Shown piece after piece: positions 12,844 through 21,856 of a stretch of 64,000 nt of DNA (the stretch's first letter is position 1; every line of letters begins with the position of its first letter). Both the position numbers and the translations under genes were made by a program. The stretch is from an uncultured Verrucomicrobiae bacterium (GTDB lineage Bacteria > Verrucomicrobiota > Verrucomicrobiia > Chthoniobacterales > Chthoniobacteraceae), in NCBI GenBank assembly GCA_963836755.1, contig CAWIKF010000001.1:544001-608000 (forward strand), given 5' to 3'. The notes beneath the pieces are model-generated. The model was not told where the DNA came from. It saw only the letters and a program-made list of their open reading frames with translations, and made no database searches.

Positions 12844-13656
12844 TTACGAGTCTGCAAGGATGCAATCGAGGATCTGGGTCAGGTCCTCGTTATGCTGCTG
12901 CGAGGCGATCCCAAAGGCGCTGACGATATCGAGGAGAAAATCCGCATTCTCTTTCGTGAATCGATAAGTCACCGTTTCCTTCGAATGGGCAGGGCCCGTC
13001 GGCCGAGGCCCACCTGCCGGCGTGCGCAACTCGGCCATGTTCAAACAGACGTAAATCATTGCCTGGTTTCCCACCGCGCGCTGCTTCGGCTTCAACTCGA
13101 TCTCGACACGGCCGTGCGCGTCTTCCTTCGAAAAAATTGGCACCTGCTCGACAGATTTTTCAAATCCGCCGGGCACGTCCTCATGCGCAGATTTTTCGAC
13201 CGTGATCTTTTCCTCGGTTTCGAGATTCGCGTCGTGCGAACGCGCGAGAAATGCGCGCGCGTGCAACAGTTGATCGCGGCTGATCAAGCCCAGTCGCAGC
13301 GCCTCGACGAGAATCTTTGCAAGCTCGATGCCATATTTTGTTTCGCCTTTTCGCTGAAAGCGAACTCCCGCAGCGACTGAAGGATGATGCGCGTCGAGCG
13401 AGTCGTAACCGATTTGCCACTCGAGAAAATCATCCGCATTGAGCGAAGTGTGCAGAGGCGAAACTGGAACGCTGAGGCCACCGGGATGCCGTTGCTTTAG
13501 CCGAACTTTTCCTGTGACGTCAGTGAGCGGAAGCCGCACCACGACTGCATCTCCAACTGTTTCGATGCGGACAGTTTTATAATCCGCATCTGCGCCGCGA
13601 GCGTTGATCGCGAGCGCGATGAGCAGCGCGCCGGCGAGATTCCTCAGCCGCGCCAC
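12844..13656 (-). CDS. R.PabI-family (HALFPIPE) restriction DNA glycosylase homologue with N-terminal signal peptide
   Basis: Collinear R.PabI-type motifs: VVVRLPLT, GKVRLK, LEWQIGYD, YGIELAKIL...GLIS, KQRAVGNQAMIYVC, AFGIASQQHNEDL. GTG start abuts the upstream TAG. Confidence 0.88.
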   Translation of the reverse strand: MARLRNLAGALLIALAINARGADADYKTVRIETVGDAVVVRLPLTDVTGKVRLKQRHPGGLSVPVSPLHTSLNADDFLEWQIGYDSLDAHHPSVAAGVRFQRKGETKYGIELAKILVEALRLGLISRDQLLHARAFLARSHDANLETEEKITVEKSAHEDVPGGFEKSVEQVPIFSKEDAHGRVEIELKPKQRAVGNQAMIYVCLNMAELRTPAGGPRPTGPAHSKETVTYRFTKENADFLLDIVSAFGIASQQHNEDLTQILDCILADS

Positions 13657-16095
13657 CTACTTGATCAACTGCTCCAGCGCCGTGTCGGCCTCCGCGCCGA
13701 GCCCGACGGCGCGCTTATAGTATTTGCTCGCCATTTCCTTGTTCGGGGGCTGCATCGTCGCGTAGATCACCGCGAGGTTGAAGTTCGCGTCGGCGTAATT
13801 TGGATCGAGCGCAATCGCAGTCTGCAATTCCTTGAGAGCCGCTTCCTGCCAGCCTTTTTGGCTCGCCGTGATGCCGAGATAATTGTGCGCGATCGCGTCC
13901 TTCGGCGTGATGGCCACGGCAGCCGTGAGCGCGGTAACCGCCTGGTCGTATTTCCCTTCCTGGTAATAAACGATGCCGAGCGTGCGATGGGAAAATGAAT
14001 CGCCGGGCGCGACCGCGATTGCTTTTTTAAACTTTTCCTCCGCGAGTTTCATTTTGTTCTGCCGGAAATCGACTACGCCGAGGTTGGACAAAATGTAAAC
14101 ATTGTTTGGCGCCTTCGTAAGCATCTGCTCATACGTTTTCTCCGCGTCGCGATATTGCCCACGATCGAACTGGTCCTTCGCATCGCGCGCCGCGCCGAGC
14201 AGATCGTCCGGAACGTTCGGGTTCGTCGACGTTTCCACCTGCGGAGGATTACCCGCGCCCGCGGCGGTTTTGTCGCCGCTGTCCGCGCCAGATTGCTGCG
14301 TGACTGCGGATGGCGATGGGTTCGCGCTTGCCAGGTCTGAATTCGGTGATGCTGCGGTGGAAGTCGGAGAGGCATGCGGCTTTGCAGAGTTTCCAGATGC
14401 TTCCGGTTTCGGTGCGGCGACGGAAAATTCCATGGCCGCCGAATCGGTGTCCGCGATTTCGATTTGCGGCTGTTTAAACAACGCCTTTTCCTTGTCTGTC
14501 AGCTTCACAACCGGCTGGCCGAGGTAATCGATTTCCTGCAGCAGCGTGCCCGAGCGGACCTGAAGCCCTTGAAGCTCGGAAAGCACGAGCTTTTTCGCCT
14601 GCTCGCGACGCGCCTGCTCCTTGAGCTGACGCACCACGATCCCGCGGAGCAACTCGTTTTCTTCTGTGTATTTTTTCTTTTCCTCGCTGCTCGCGCCGCT
14701 GGTTTGCATCGCCACCAATTCCGCCTTCGCGCCGTCGAGCTGCTTTTGCAAATTCGCCATCGAAGCTTGGTATCCGGCGCTTTGCTTTTGTGCCGAGGCG
14801 AGCAAGTCCTTCGTGTCGGTCACTTCTTTCCGCAGCGCCGCGATCTGCTGATCCTTTTCTGGCGCGCTGGCGTTAAAGTCGTGAATCGTCTTTTCTGCCT
14901 CGCCGAGTTTTCGCGAAAGCGTCGCGTTGTCTGCCATGAGCTGATCGACCTTTTTCTGCGCGTCACGCGCCTTTGCGAGATCGGCGAGAGCCTGATCACG
15001 CTGCTTCGCAATGCTGTCGCGTTCGGCGCTGACAGACGCGATCTGCGCCTGCGCCTCTGAAACTTTTTTGTTTAAATCATCCGATTCCTTGCGCGCCGCG
15101 TCGCGTTCCTTGCCGAGAACAGCGAGCTGTTTCTGCGCATCCGCGAGCTTCTTTGAAACTTCCTCGCTCGCGGCGTGCGTGAATTGATTTTCCTGCGTCA
15201 GCTTGCTGATTTGCGCTTTCGCGTCGGCCAGTTCCTGCGTCACTTTGGAAGCGTTCGCATATTTCGCTTCGAGGTCTTTCAATTTGTTCGCCGCGTCCTG
15301 CCGTTCCTGCTGCACGCTCGTTACGGTCTTGCGCACCTTCGACAAACGCCGCGCGTAATCGCTATTCACCGTGTCCGCCGCCTCGCGATCCGCCTGCGCG
15401 TCCTCGAGTTGATTCTGCAATTGCGCGATCTGCTTTTTCATCGCGTCGCTGTCGGCGCTGTTTCCGGGCGCATTGTTTTGCAAAGCCTGCTGCAGCTGTT
15501 GCAGCTTCGCCTTCAATTCCGCCACGCTTGTTCTATTTTGGACGAGCTGCTTGAGGGCTTCGCCAAGCTGCGCGGCCATCTTTTCCTTTTGCTGCTGCAC
15601 TGTCTGCAATTGCTGCCGCGAGTCGCGCAGATCATTTTGCAATTGATCGATGCGGCCCTTGATGTCGCTCGCCGCATCGTCCGTCCGCTGCGGCAATGGC
15701 TCAGTCGGCAGCGACGCGGTCGACTGCTCCTTTTGCGGCATCGGGACATCCGGCTCGACGACCGCGCCGCCGTTTCCGGATGCCTCTGGCGGTTGGTTGC
15801 CGACCTGCTGCTCGAGCCGCGCGATGCTTTCACTCGTGCGCTTTTTGCGATACTCGACGATCAGCGGTTGCCAGTTCGGATACTTTTGTCCGATTTGATC
15901 GAGCAACGTCGCGGCATAGCGATATTTCGCAAGCGCCGGTGCCGCGCGCCCGCTTTGCTCCAGACCCTCGCCCTGCTGCACTGCCATGTAGGCATTTAGA
16001 AAAAGATCCGATGGGTCGCTCGATTGCGCGCGGACTTTGCCCGGCGACCCGAGAGAAAAAACCAGCAAAGCGAGGAAAACCAGAATGCGCCGCAT
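13657..16095 (-). CDS. Exported coiled-coil protein with C-terminal TPR repeats
   Basis: Signal peptide MRRILVFLALLVFSL, long Q/K/A-rich heptads, TPRs (ILSNLGVV, SHRTLGIVYYQEGKYDQA, AHNYLGI, ANFNLAVIY). Confidence 0.85.
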   Translation of the reverse strand: MRRILVFLALLVFSLGSPGKVRAQSSDPSDLFLNAYMAVQQGEGLEQSGRAAPALAKYRYAATLLDQIGQKYPNWQPLIVEYRKKRTSESIARLEQQVGNQPPEASGNGGAVVEPDVPMPQKEQSTASLPTEPLPQRTDDAASDIKGRIDQLQNDLRDSRQQLQTVQQQKEKMAAQLGEALKQLVQNRTSVAELKAKLQQLQQALQNNAPGNSADSDAMKKQIAQLQNQLEDAQADREAADTVNSDYARRLSKVRKTVTSVQQERQDAANKLKDLEAKYANASKVTQELADAKAQISKLTQENQFTHAASEEVSKKLADAQKQLAVLGKERDAARKESDDLNKKVSEAQAQIASVSAERDSIAKQRDQALADLAKARDAQKKVDQLMADNATLSRKLGEAEKTIHDFNASAPEKDQQIAALRKEVTDTKDLLASAQKQSAGYQASMANLQKQLDGAKAELVAMQTSGASSEEKKKYTEENELLRGIVVRQLKEQARREQAKKLVLSELQGLQVRSGTLLQEIDYLGQPVVKLTDKEKALFKQPQIEIADTDSAAMEFSVAAPKPEASGNSAKPHASPTSTAASPNSDLASANPSPSAVTQQSGADSGDKTAAGAGNPPQVETSTNPNVPDDLLGAARDAKDQFDRGQYRDAEKTYEQMLTKAPNNVYILSNLGVVDFRQNKMKLAEEKFKKAIAVAPGDSFSHRTLGIVYYQEGKYDQAVTALTAAVAITPKDAIAHNYLGITASQKGWQEAALKELQTAIALDPNYADANFNLAVIYATMQPPNKEMASKYYKRAVGLGAEADTALEQLIK

Positions 16096-16247
16096 CGGAA
16101 AAGGTGACGACACTAGCTTAAGTCGCAGGGCGATGCAAACGATTCTCATCGCCGCGCAGCCCTTTATTCATGCGGGTTCCACAGCTTTCGCGGCAATTGA
16201 CACTTCCCGCGCCGAATGGTAGGTTGCCCGCAAATTTTCAAACCCAA

Positions 16248-16847
16248 ATGTTAGACCGGCAAGTCCTCGTCCTCAATCGACTCTGGCAGGCGGTCAATGT
16301 CTGCACCGTTCGCCGCGCCTTCACGCTTCTGTGTCAAGGCCACGCACAAGTCGTCTCCTCCGACGCGCAAAACAACTTTCTCACGCATGACTTTTCGAGC
16401 TGGCACGCGTTTTCGCAGCGCGAGCCCGAGGACGAGATGGTCCACACGATCTCGTTCAAAATCCGCATCCCCCGCGTGATCGTTCTTTTGCTTTTTGATC
16501 GCCTGCCGAAAAAGGAAGTCAAATTCACGAGGCACAATATTTTCGAGCGCGACAAAAACACCTGCCAATACTGCGGGCAGATTTTCGACCGCAAAGACCT
16601 CAACCTCGACCACGTCATCCCGCGCGAAAAAGGCGGCCTCACCACGTGGGAAAACATTGTTTGCTCCTGCATCCCGTGCAACACGCGCAAGGGAAACAAA
16701 CTTCCGCACCAGGCGCACATGCAGCTCATTCGCAAACCCGAGCGCCCGCGCTGGCGGCCGTTCCTGCATCTCACATTCCATGGGCATCACGAAAGTTGGC
16801 GGCACTTCATCGACCTCGCTTACTGGAACGTCGAGCTGGGCGATTAA
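16248..16847 (+). CDS. HNH endonuclease (McrA-like/HNH_5 family)
   Basis: VLVLN, FTRHNIFERDKNTCQYCG, LNLDHVIPREKGGLTTWENIVCSCIPCNTRKGN. Confidence 0.9.
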   Translation: MLDRQVLVLNRLWQAVNVCTVRRAFTLLCQGHAQVVSSDAQNNFLTHDFSSWHAFSQREPEDEMVHTISFKIRIPRVIVLLLFDRLPKKEVKFTRHNIFERDKNTCQYCGQIFDRKDLNLDHVIPREKGGLTTWENIVCSCIPCNTRKGNKLPHQAHMQLIRKPERPRWRPFLHLTFHGHHESWRHFIDLAYWNVELGD

Positions 16848-16912
16848 GCCAACGGGCAGCCGTTTGCGGAAAAAGTGGAGCAGTGGCAGCGCGGTTGAAT
16901 TAAGCTCGCTCG

Positions 16913-18289
16913 ATGCAAACTGCGGCCGCCGATCTCGCGCGGATCCTCGATCACGAGCGCGTGCTTTTTGAAAAGGAGCACCTGCTCACCTATGGCTTCG
17001 ATGGAACCGCCGCACTGCGTGGCGAAGCTGGCTGCGTGGTGTTTCCCCGAACCTCGGAGGAGGTTTCGCGCGTCATCAAATATGCCGCGCAGCACAAAAT
17101 CCCAGTCGTCACGCGCGGGTCGGGGACTGGCTTGAGCGGCGGTAGCGTGCCAGTGCGCGGCTGCATCGTTTTGTGCCTCGTGCAAATGGATCGCGTGCTC
17201 GAGCTCGATCCGAAAAACCTAACGATGCATGTGGAAGCAGGCGTCGTGACGTTGAAAATCGCGGAGCTTGCGGACGCCGCTGGACTGCTTTATCCGCCCG
17301 ATCCGGGCTCGATGAAAATTTCGACGATTGGCGGCAATGTTGCGGAAAATTCCGGCGGGCTGCGCGGCTTGAAGTATGGCGTCACCCGCGATTACGTGAT
17401 GGGCATCGAAGTCGTGCTCGCGAATGGGGAAATAGTTTCCTTTGGCAACAAATGTGTGAAGGACGTCGCCGGATATTCGATGAAAGATGTGTTCATCGGC
17501 TCCGAAGGAACACTTGGCGTCGTCACCAAAGTTTTGCTGAAGCTCGTGCCGAAACCGGCGGTGACTGAAACAATGCTGGCAACTTTTTCCAGCATGAATG
17601 CCGCTGCCGAAACGGTCTCGGCGATCATCGCGAGCAGGATCATTCCTTGCACGCTGGAGTTCCTCGACAAAATCACCATCAATTGCGTCGAAGACTTTGC
17701 TCACGTCGGTTTGCCGCGGGATGCGGAGGCGATTTTGCTGATGGAAACCGACGGCCATCCGGCGGCCGTCGCGGAGGAAGCTGAGCGAATGGCGGAGATT
17801 GCGCGACGTTGCGGAGCGGTTTCTGTGGTTGCCGCGAAGAACGCGGAAGAGGCCGCGAAGCTTGCAATGGCGCGGCGCGCCGCGTTTTCATCGCTCGCCC
17901 GTGTATCGCCGACGACGATCCTGGAAGATGCCACGGTGCCGCGCAGCGAGCTCGTGCAGATGATCGAGTTCATTCAAAACACCGCCGCAAAATTTCGCGT
18001 GCGTATCGGCACGTTCGGGCACATGGGCGACGGAAATTTGCATCCGACTTTTTTGACGGACGAAAAAGATGAGGACGAAATGAAGCGCGTGGAAATGGCG
18101 ATGCAGGAAATTTTCGATCGCGCGATTCAGCTCGGCGGCACGATCACCGGCGAGCACGGCGTCGGTCTTGCAAAGAAAAGATTTCTGCGCAACGCGGTGG
18201 GCGACTCGAGTCTGAACGTGATGCGACTGATCAAGCGCGCACTCGATCCCGACAATCTTTTGAACCCCGGAAAAATCTTCGATGCCTGA
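16913..18289 (+). CDS. glcD: FAD-linked oxidase, glycolate oxidase subunit GlcD-like
   Basis: RGSGTGLSGG, YPPDPGS, STIGGNVAENSGG, GHMGDGNLHP, GEHGVG. Confidence 0.88.
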   Translation: MQTAAADLARILDHERVLFEKEHLLTYGFDGTAALRGEAGCVVFPRTSEEVSRVIKYAAQHKIPVVTRGSGTGLSGGSVPVRGCIVLCLVQMDRVLELDPKNLTMHVEAGVVTLKIAELADAAGLLYPPDPGSMKISTIGGNVAENSGGLRGLKYGVTRDYVMGIEVVLANGEIVSFGNKCVKDVAGYSMKDVFIGSEGTLGVVTKVLLKLVPKPAVTETMLATFSSMNAAAETVSAIIASRIIPCTLEFLDKITINCVEDFAHVGLPRDAEAILLMETDGHPAAVAEEAERMAEIARRCGAVSVVAAKNAEEAAKLAMARRAAFSSLARVSPTTILEDATVPRSELVQMIEFIQNTAAKFRVRIGTFGHMGDGNLHPTFLTDEKDEDEMKRVEMAMQEIFDRAIQLGGTITGEHGVGLAKKRFLRNAVGDSSLNVMRLIKRALDPDNLLNPGKIFDA

Positions 18290-19640
18290 GCTGCACGATC
18301 GCATCGTCGAGATCGGTCGCGCGAATCCGCCTGGCCCGCGCGGCGCGCCATTTTATCTGCGGCAGCTCGATTACTCGGTGCTCCAGCAGTGCATCCACTG
18401 CGGGATGTGTCTGCCGACCTGCCCGACCTACGACGAGACGAAACTCGAGCGCAACAGCCCGCGCGGTCGCATCGCGCTGATGCGCAGCATTGCCGAGGGC
18501 GCGCTCGATGTGACGCGCGCGTTTGGCGACGAGATGTATTTTTGCCTCGGCTGTCTCGCGTGTGAAACGGTCTGCCCGGCGGGCGTGAATTACGCGGAGA
18601 TGTTTGAAAATGCGCGCGCCGACATTGAGCGGGCCGGCGTGCTGAAGAATCCGCAACGCACTTTGGTGCGAGCGCTGACATTGCGCTGGATCTTCACGCG
18701 GCCGCGAGTGCTGCGCGCGCTGGGGCGGCTGCTTTATTTCTACCAAAAAAGTGGGCTGGAGAAAGTGGTGAGAACCTTGGCACGAATCGCATTGCTGCCG
18801 CGCCGATGGCGGGAGCTGGAAACTTTGACTCCACGCGTGTGCCGCGAATTTTCCGATGCGTTGATCGCGCCGGTTGAGCCGGCGATTGCCAAAAAATACC
18901 GCGTCGGAATGCTGACCGGTTGCGTGCAGGATTTGACGTTCTCCGACGTGAACCGCGACACCGTCGATGCGCTGCGCGTCAATGGCTGCGAAGTCGCGAC
19001 GCCACGGGCGCAGTTTTGCTGCGGCTCGCTGCACGCGCACAACGGTGAGCTGGAACTTGCGCGGGAAATGGCGCGGCGAAACATTGATTCCTTCGACCTG
19101 CATGAGATCGACGCGATCATCAGCAACGCGGCGGGATGCGGCTCGCACTTGAAAAATTACGCGCATCTCTTGCGCGACGATCCGACTTACGCGGAGCGCG
19201 CGGCGATTTGGTCAGCAAAGCTGCGCGATGTGCATGAATGGCTCGTGGAGATCGGATTGAGAGCGGTCGATGGCAATGGCGAAACTTTGGTGACGTATCA
19301 CGAGGCATGTCACTTGTGTCACGCTCAAAAGATCAGCAGCGCGCCGCGAGAGGTGATGCGCGCGGTGCGCGACCTTCGACTCATTGAATTGCCCGAGGCG
19401 ACGTGGTGCTGCGGAAGCGCGGGGGTTTACAACATCACGCAGCCGGAGATGTCTCAAAAACTTTTACTGCGCAAAGTAAAACAAATCGTTTCAACCGGTG
19501 CGAGCATCGTGGCTTCCGCAAATCCAGGCTGCACCATTCAATTGCGCGCGGGATTGCGCGAGCAGGGAAATCAGATTTGCGTGGCGCATCCGATTTCACT
19601 TTTGGCCGAGGCGTATCGTGAAGCAGGTTGGTGCCGATGA
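18282..19640 (+). CDS. glcF: Glycolate oxidase iron-sulfur subunit GlcF-like
   Basis: CIHCGMCLPTCP and CLGCLACETVCP (two 4Fe-4S motifs), plus CCG domains. Confidence 0.88.
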   Translation: MPELHDRIVEIGRANPPGPRGAPFYLRQLDYSVLQQCIHCGMCLPTCPTYDETKLERNSPRGRIALMRSIAEGALDVTRAFGDEMYFCLGCLACETVCPAGVNYAEMFENARADIERAGVLKNPQRTLVRALTLRWIFTRPRVLRALGRLLYFYQKSGLEKVVRTLARIALLPRRWRELETLTPRVCREFSDALIAPVEPAIAKKYRVGMLTGCVQDLTFSDVNRDTVDALRVNGCEVATPRAQFCCGSLHAHNGELELAREMARRNIDSFDLHEIDAIISNAAGCGSHLKNYAHLLRDDPTYAERAAIWSAKLRDVHEWLVEIGLRAVDGNGETLVTYHEACHLCHAQKISSAPREVMRAVRDLRLIELPEATWCCGSAGVYNITQPEMSQKLLLRKVKQIVSTGASIVASANPGCTIQLRAGLREQGNQICVAHPISLLAEAYREAGWCR

Positions 19641-20995
19641 TGGATGATTTGTTCGAGACGGCGACGCCACAAGTTCCGCGCGTTTTCTCCGTGAGCGAAA
19701 TCACGCGCGCGGTCCGCGTCTGCCTGGAAAACGAGGTGGGCGAAGTCTGGGTGCAGGGCGAGATTTGCAATCACAGGAAGCAGTCTTCGGGGCATCAATA
19801 TTTTGGATTGAAAGATGGGCGCGCGCTGCTGGGCTGCGTGCTGTTTCAAAAAAACTCGCTGCGGATGCTGCCGCTAGCCGACGGGATGCTGGTGCAGGTG
19901 CGCGGCGACGTGACTGTTTACGAGGCGCGAGGGCAATATCAGCTCGTTGTAAATCTGGTGCAGGCGGCCGGCGTCGGGTTATTGCAGGCAAAATTCGATG
20001 CGCTCAAACGCAAGCTCGAGGCGGAAGGGTTATTCGCTGCAGAGCGGAAAAAGCCGCTGCCGAAGTTCCCACGCGTCGTAGGAATCGTGACGTCGCCCAG
20101 CGGCGCGGCGATTCACGATATGTTAAACGTGATTAAACGGCGCGCTTCATGGGTGCATGTGGTGCTCAATCCCGTGCGCGTGCAAGGATCTGGCGCCGCG
20201 AAGGAGATGGCGGCGGCGGTGCGGGAGTTTAATGAGGATGCAACTTTGCCGCGCGTGGATGTGATCGTGGTTTGTCGCGGCGGTGGGAGCGCGGAAGATT
20301 TGTGGGAGTTTAACGAGGAGATTTTCGCGCGTGCGATTGCTGCTTCAAAGATTCCTGTCGTCTCGGCGGTGGGACACGAAATCGATTTTACGATTTCTGA
20401 TTTCGTCGCAGACCTGCGCGCCCCGACGCCCAGCGCGGCGGGCGAGCTGATTGTGCCTGAGACGATGGAGCTGACGAGGCGTCTCGCGCAATTTTCTGAT
20501 CGCATGAATCGCATCGCGAACTTTTCCCTGAGCACGCGGAGATCGCAGGTTCGGGAGATTTCGCGGTGCCCAGTCTTCCGCAAAACGGAGCAGCAGCTCG
20601 ATGAATGGACGCAGCGAGTCGATCTTACTGAAGAATCGATGCGTCATGCGGCGCGCGGATTTTTCATCGCGCGCCGTCTGGAACTCGGCGCAATTTTAAG
20701 CCGACTTCGAGAGCATCGACCCGATCAAATCGCGAGGATGAAGCGCCAGCAGTTGGCGGGAATCGGAAACAGGATTGTGCGACTAATGAACGATCAGCGC
20801 GAGCGATGCCGGAATCGCGTGAGCCGAATCCACAAAGTGCTGATGGTGCTTTCGCCTGAGGCAACACTGCAGCGCGGCTACAGCATCACCACGAAGGCAA
20901 ACGGGGAGTTGCTTCGTTCCGCCGCAGAGATCAAGCCGCGGATGAAATTAATCACGCGGCTCGGCGACGGCACCGCAATATCGATCGCTCAGTAG
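19637..20995 (+). CDS. xseA: Exodeoxyribonuclease VII large subunit
   Basis: VWVQGEI, SSGHQYF, GIVTSPSGAAIHD, RGGGSAEDLW, VGHEIDFTISDFVADLRAPTPSAA. Confidence 0.95.
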   Translation: MMDDLFETATPQVPRVFSVSEITRAVRVCLENEVGEVWVQGEICNHRKQSSGHQYFGLKDGRALLGCVLFQKNSLRMLPLADGMLVQVRGDVTVYEARGQYQLVVNLVQAAGVGLLQAKFDALKRKLEAEGLFAAERKKPLPKFPRVVGIVTSPSGAAIHDMLNVIKRRASWVHVVLNPVRVQGSGAAKEMAAAVREFNEDATLPRVDVIVVCRGGGSAEDLWEFNEEIFARAIAASKIPVVSAVGHEIDFTISDFVADLRAPTPSAAGELIVPETMELTRRLAQFSDRMNRIANFSLSTRRSQVREISRCPVFRKTEQQLDEWTQRVDLTEESMRHAARGFFIARRLELGAILSRLREHRPDQIARMKRQQLAGIGNRIVRLMNDQRERCRNRVSRIHKVLMVLSPEATLQRGYSITTKANGELLRSAAEIKPRMKLITRLGDGTAISIAQ

Positions 20996-21000
20996 AAGAC

Positions 21001-21042
21001 AAAAAAAATGCAGATCCCGATCGAAACCGGGATCTGCATTTT
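21001..21042. terminator. Bidirectional intrinsic terminator between convergent genes
   Basis: AAAAAAAATGCAGATCCCG-atcgaaac-CGGGATCTGCATTTT. Confidence 0.8.
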
Positions 21043-21059
21043 GCTAAAACTGAGGTGGA

Positions 21060-21764
21060 TTACAGGGGATTAACTGCAGTCTGCGTGCTGGAGAGCCAGT
21101 TGGTTTCCGAAGTGTTGAAGAGGTCGGCGCCAAGTGGGCTGCCCAGGATGGTCTCCGAACTTTGATCAACCTTCATGATCTGCGCACTGGCGTCAACGAA
21201 AGCCACGATCGCCTTTTTGCCCTTCCAGACTCCACCCTTCGTATTTTCTGCCGTGGTGTAAGTATGGGACGATTCTTTGGCAAAAGCGTCAGCAATCAAC
21301 GGGAATGCAGAATTCGAGCTGTCGGAAAGGCCAAGCACATAAGCAAAGGAGCATTCGTTTTGTTGCAAGGTATACTTGTAACTGGACGTTGCCGGGGACG
21401 GATTGTCATAGCGATTGTCCGGCGGTGTGGCTCCGAAACCGGCTTTCGGTTCCCAGAAAATCTGCTCATTGGTCAGATAGTCCGGAAAAAGTTGCGCAAA
21501 GGCCGTATTTGAATCGGTGACCGGAGTGGAGGTCTGCTTGCTGGCAGCTACGGTGTAACTCGGATACGAGCCGTTGTTGTCCGTGGCAAAAATACGGCAG
21601 GCAAGAGCGATCTGTTTGACGTTGGATAACGCTTTGGTCTGCTGACCTTTTTCCTGCACAGTGCTGAAGACTGGCAGTGCGATGCCTGCGAGAATCGCGA
21701 TGATCGAGATCACCACGAGGAGTTCAATAAGCGTAAACGCTTGTTTTGTTCTGGGAGCTTTCAT
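21060..21764 (-). CDS. Prepilin-type N-terminal cleavage/methylation domain protein (Verrucomicrobia-type)
   Basis: AFTLIELLVVISIIAILAGIALP; C-terminal GVWKGKKAIVAFVDAS. Confidence 0.88.
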   Translation of the reverse strand: MKAPRTKQAFTLIELLVVISIIAILAGIALPVFSTVQEKGQQTKALSNVKQIALACRIFATDNNGSYPSYTVAASKQTSTPVTDSNTAFAQLFPDYLTNEQIFWEPKAGFGATPPDNRYDNPSPATSSYKYTLQQNECSFAYVLGLSDSSNSAFPLIADAFAKESSHTYTTAENTKGGVWKGKKAIVAFVDASAQIMKVDQSSETILGSPLGADLFNTSETNWLSSTQTAVNPL

Positions 21765-21856
21765 TTTTATTGTTGATTAGAATTTTTGGGTGCGAAGCAA
21801 GTTAACCTCAGCCTCCCTGACTGCAAGCGTTTTCCCCAAAAACTTTGCCGAAAACG

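Noticed and set aside
15175..15999. Long antisense or alternate-frame ORFs here and elsewhere (e.g. 41803-43413, 49202-50179, 56588-57724)
   Set aside because: Shadow ORFs of high-GC genes, with no motifs, overlapping confident CDSs.
16248..16847. HNH gene as a homing endonuclease or Cas-related nuclease
   Set aside because: It matches a widespread stand-alone HNH family; no intron, array or mobile context.
20995..21060. xseB missing after xseA
   Set aside because: xseA and xseB are often unlinked; absence from one window is uninformative.
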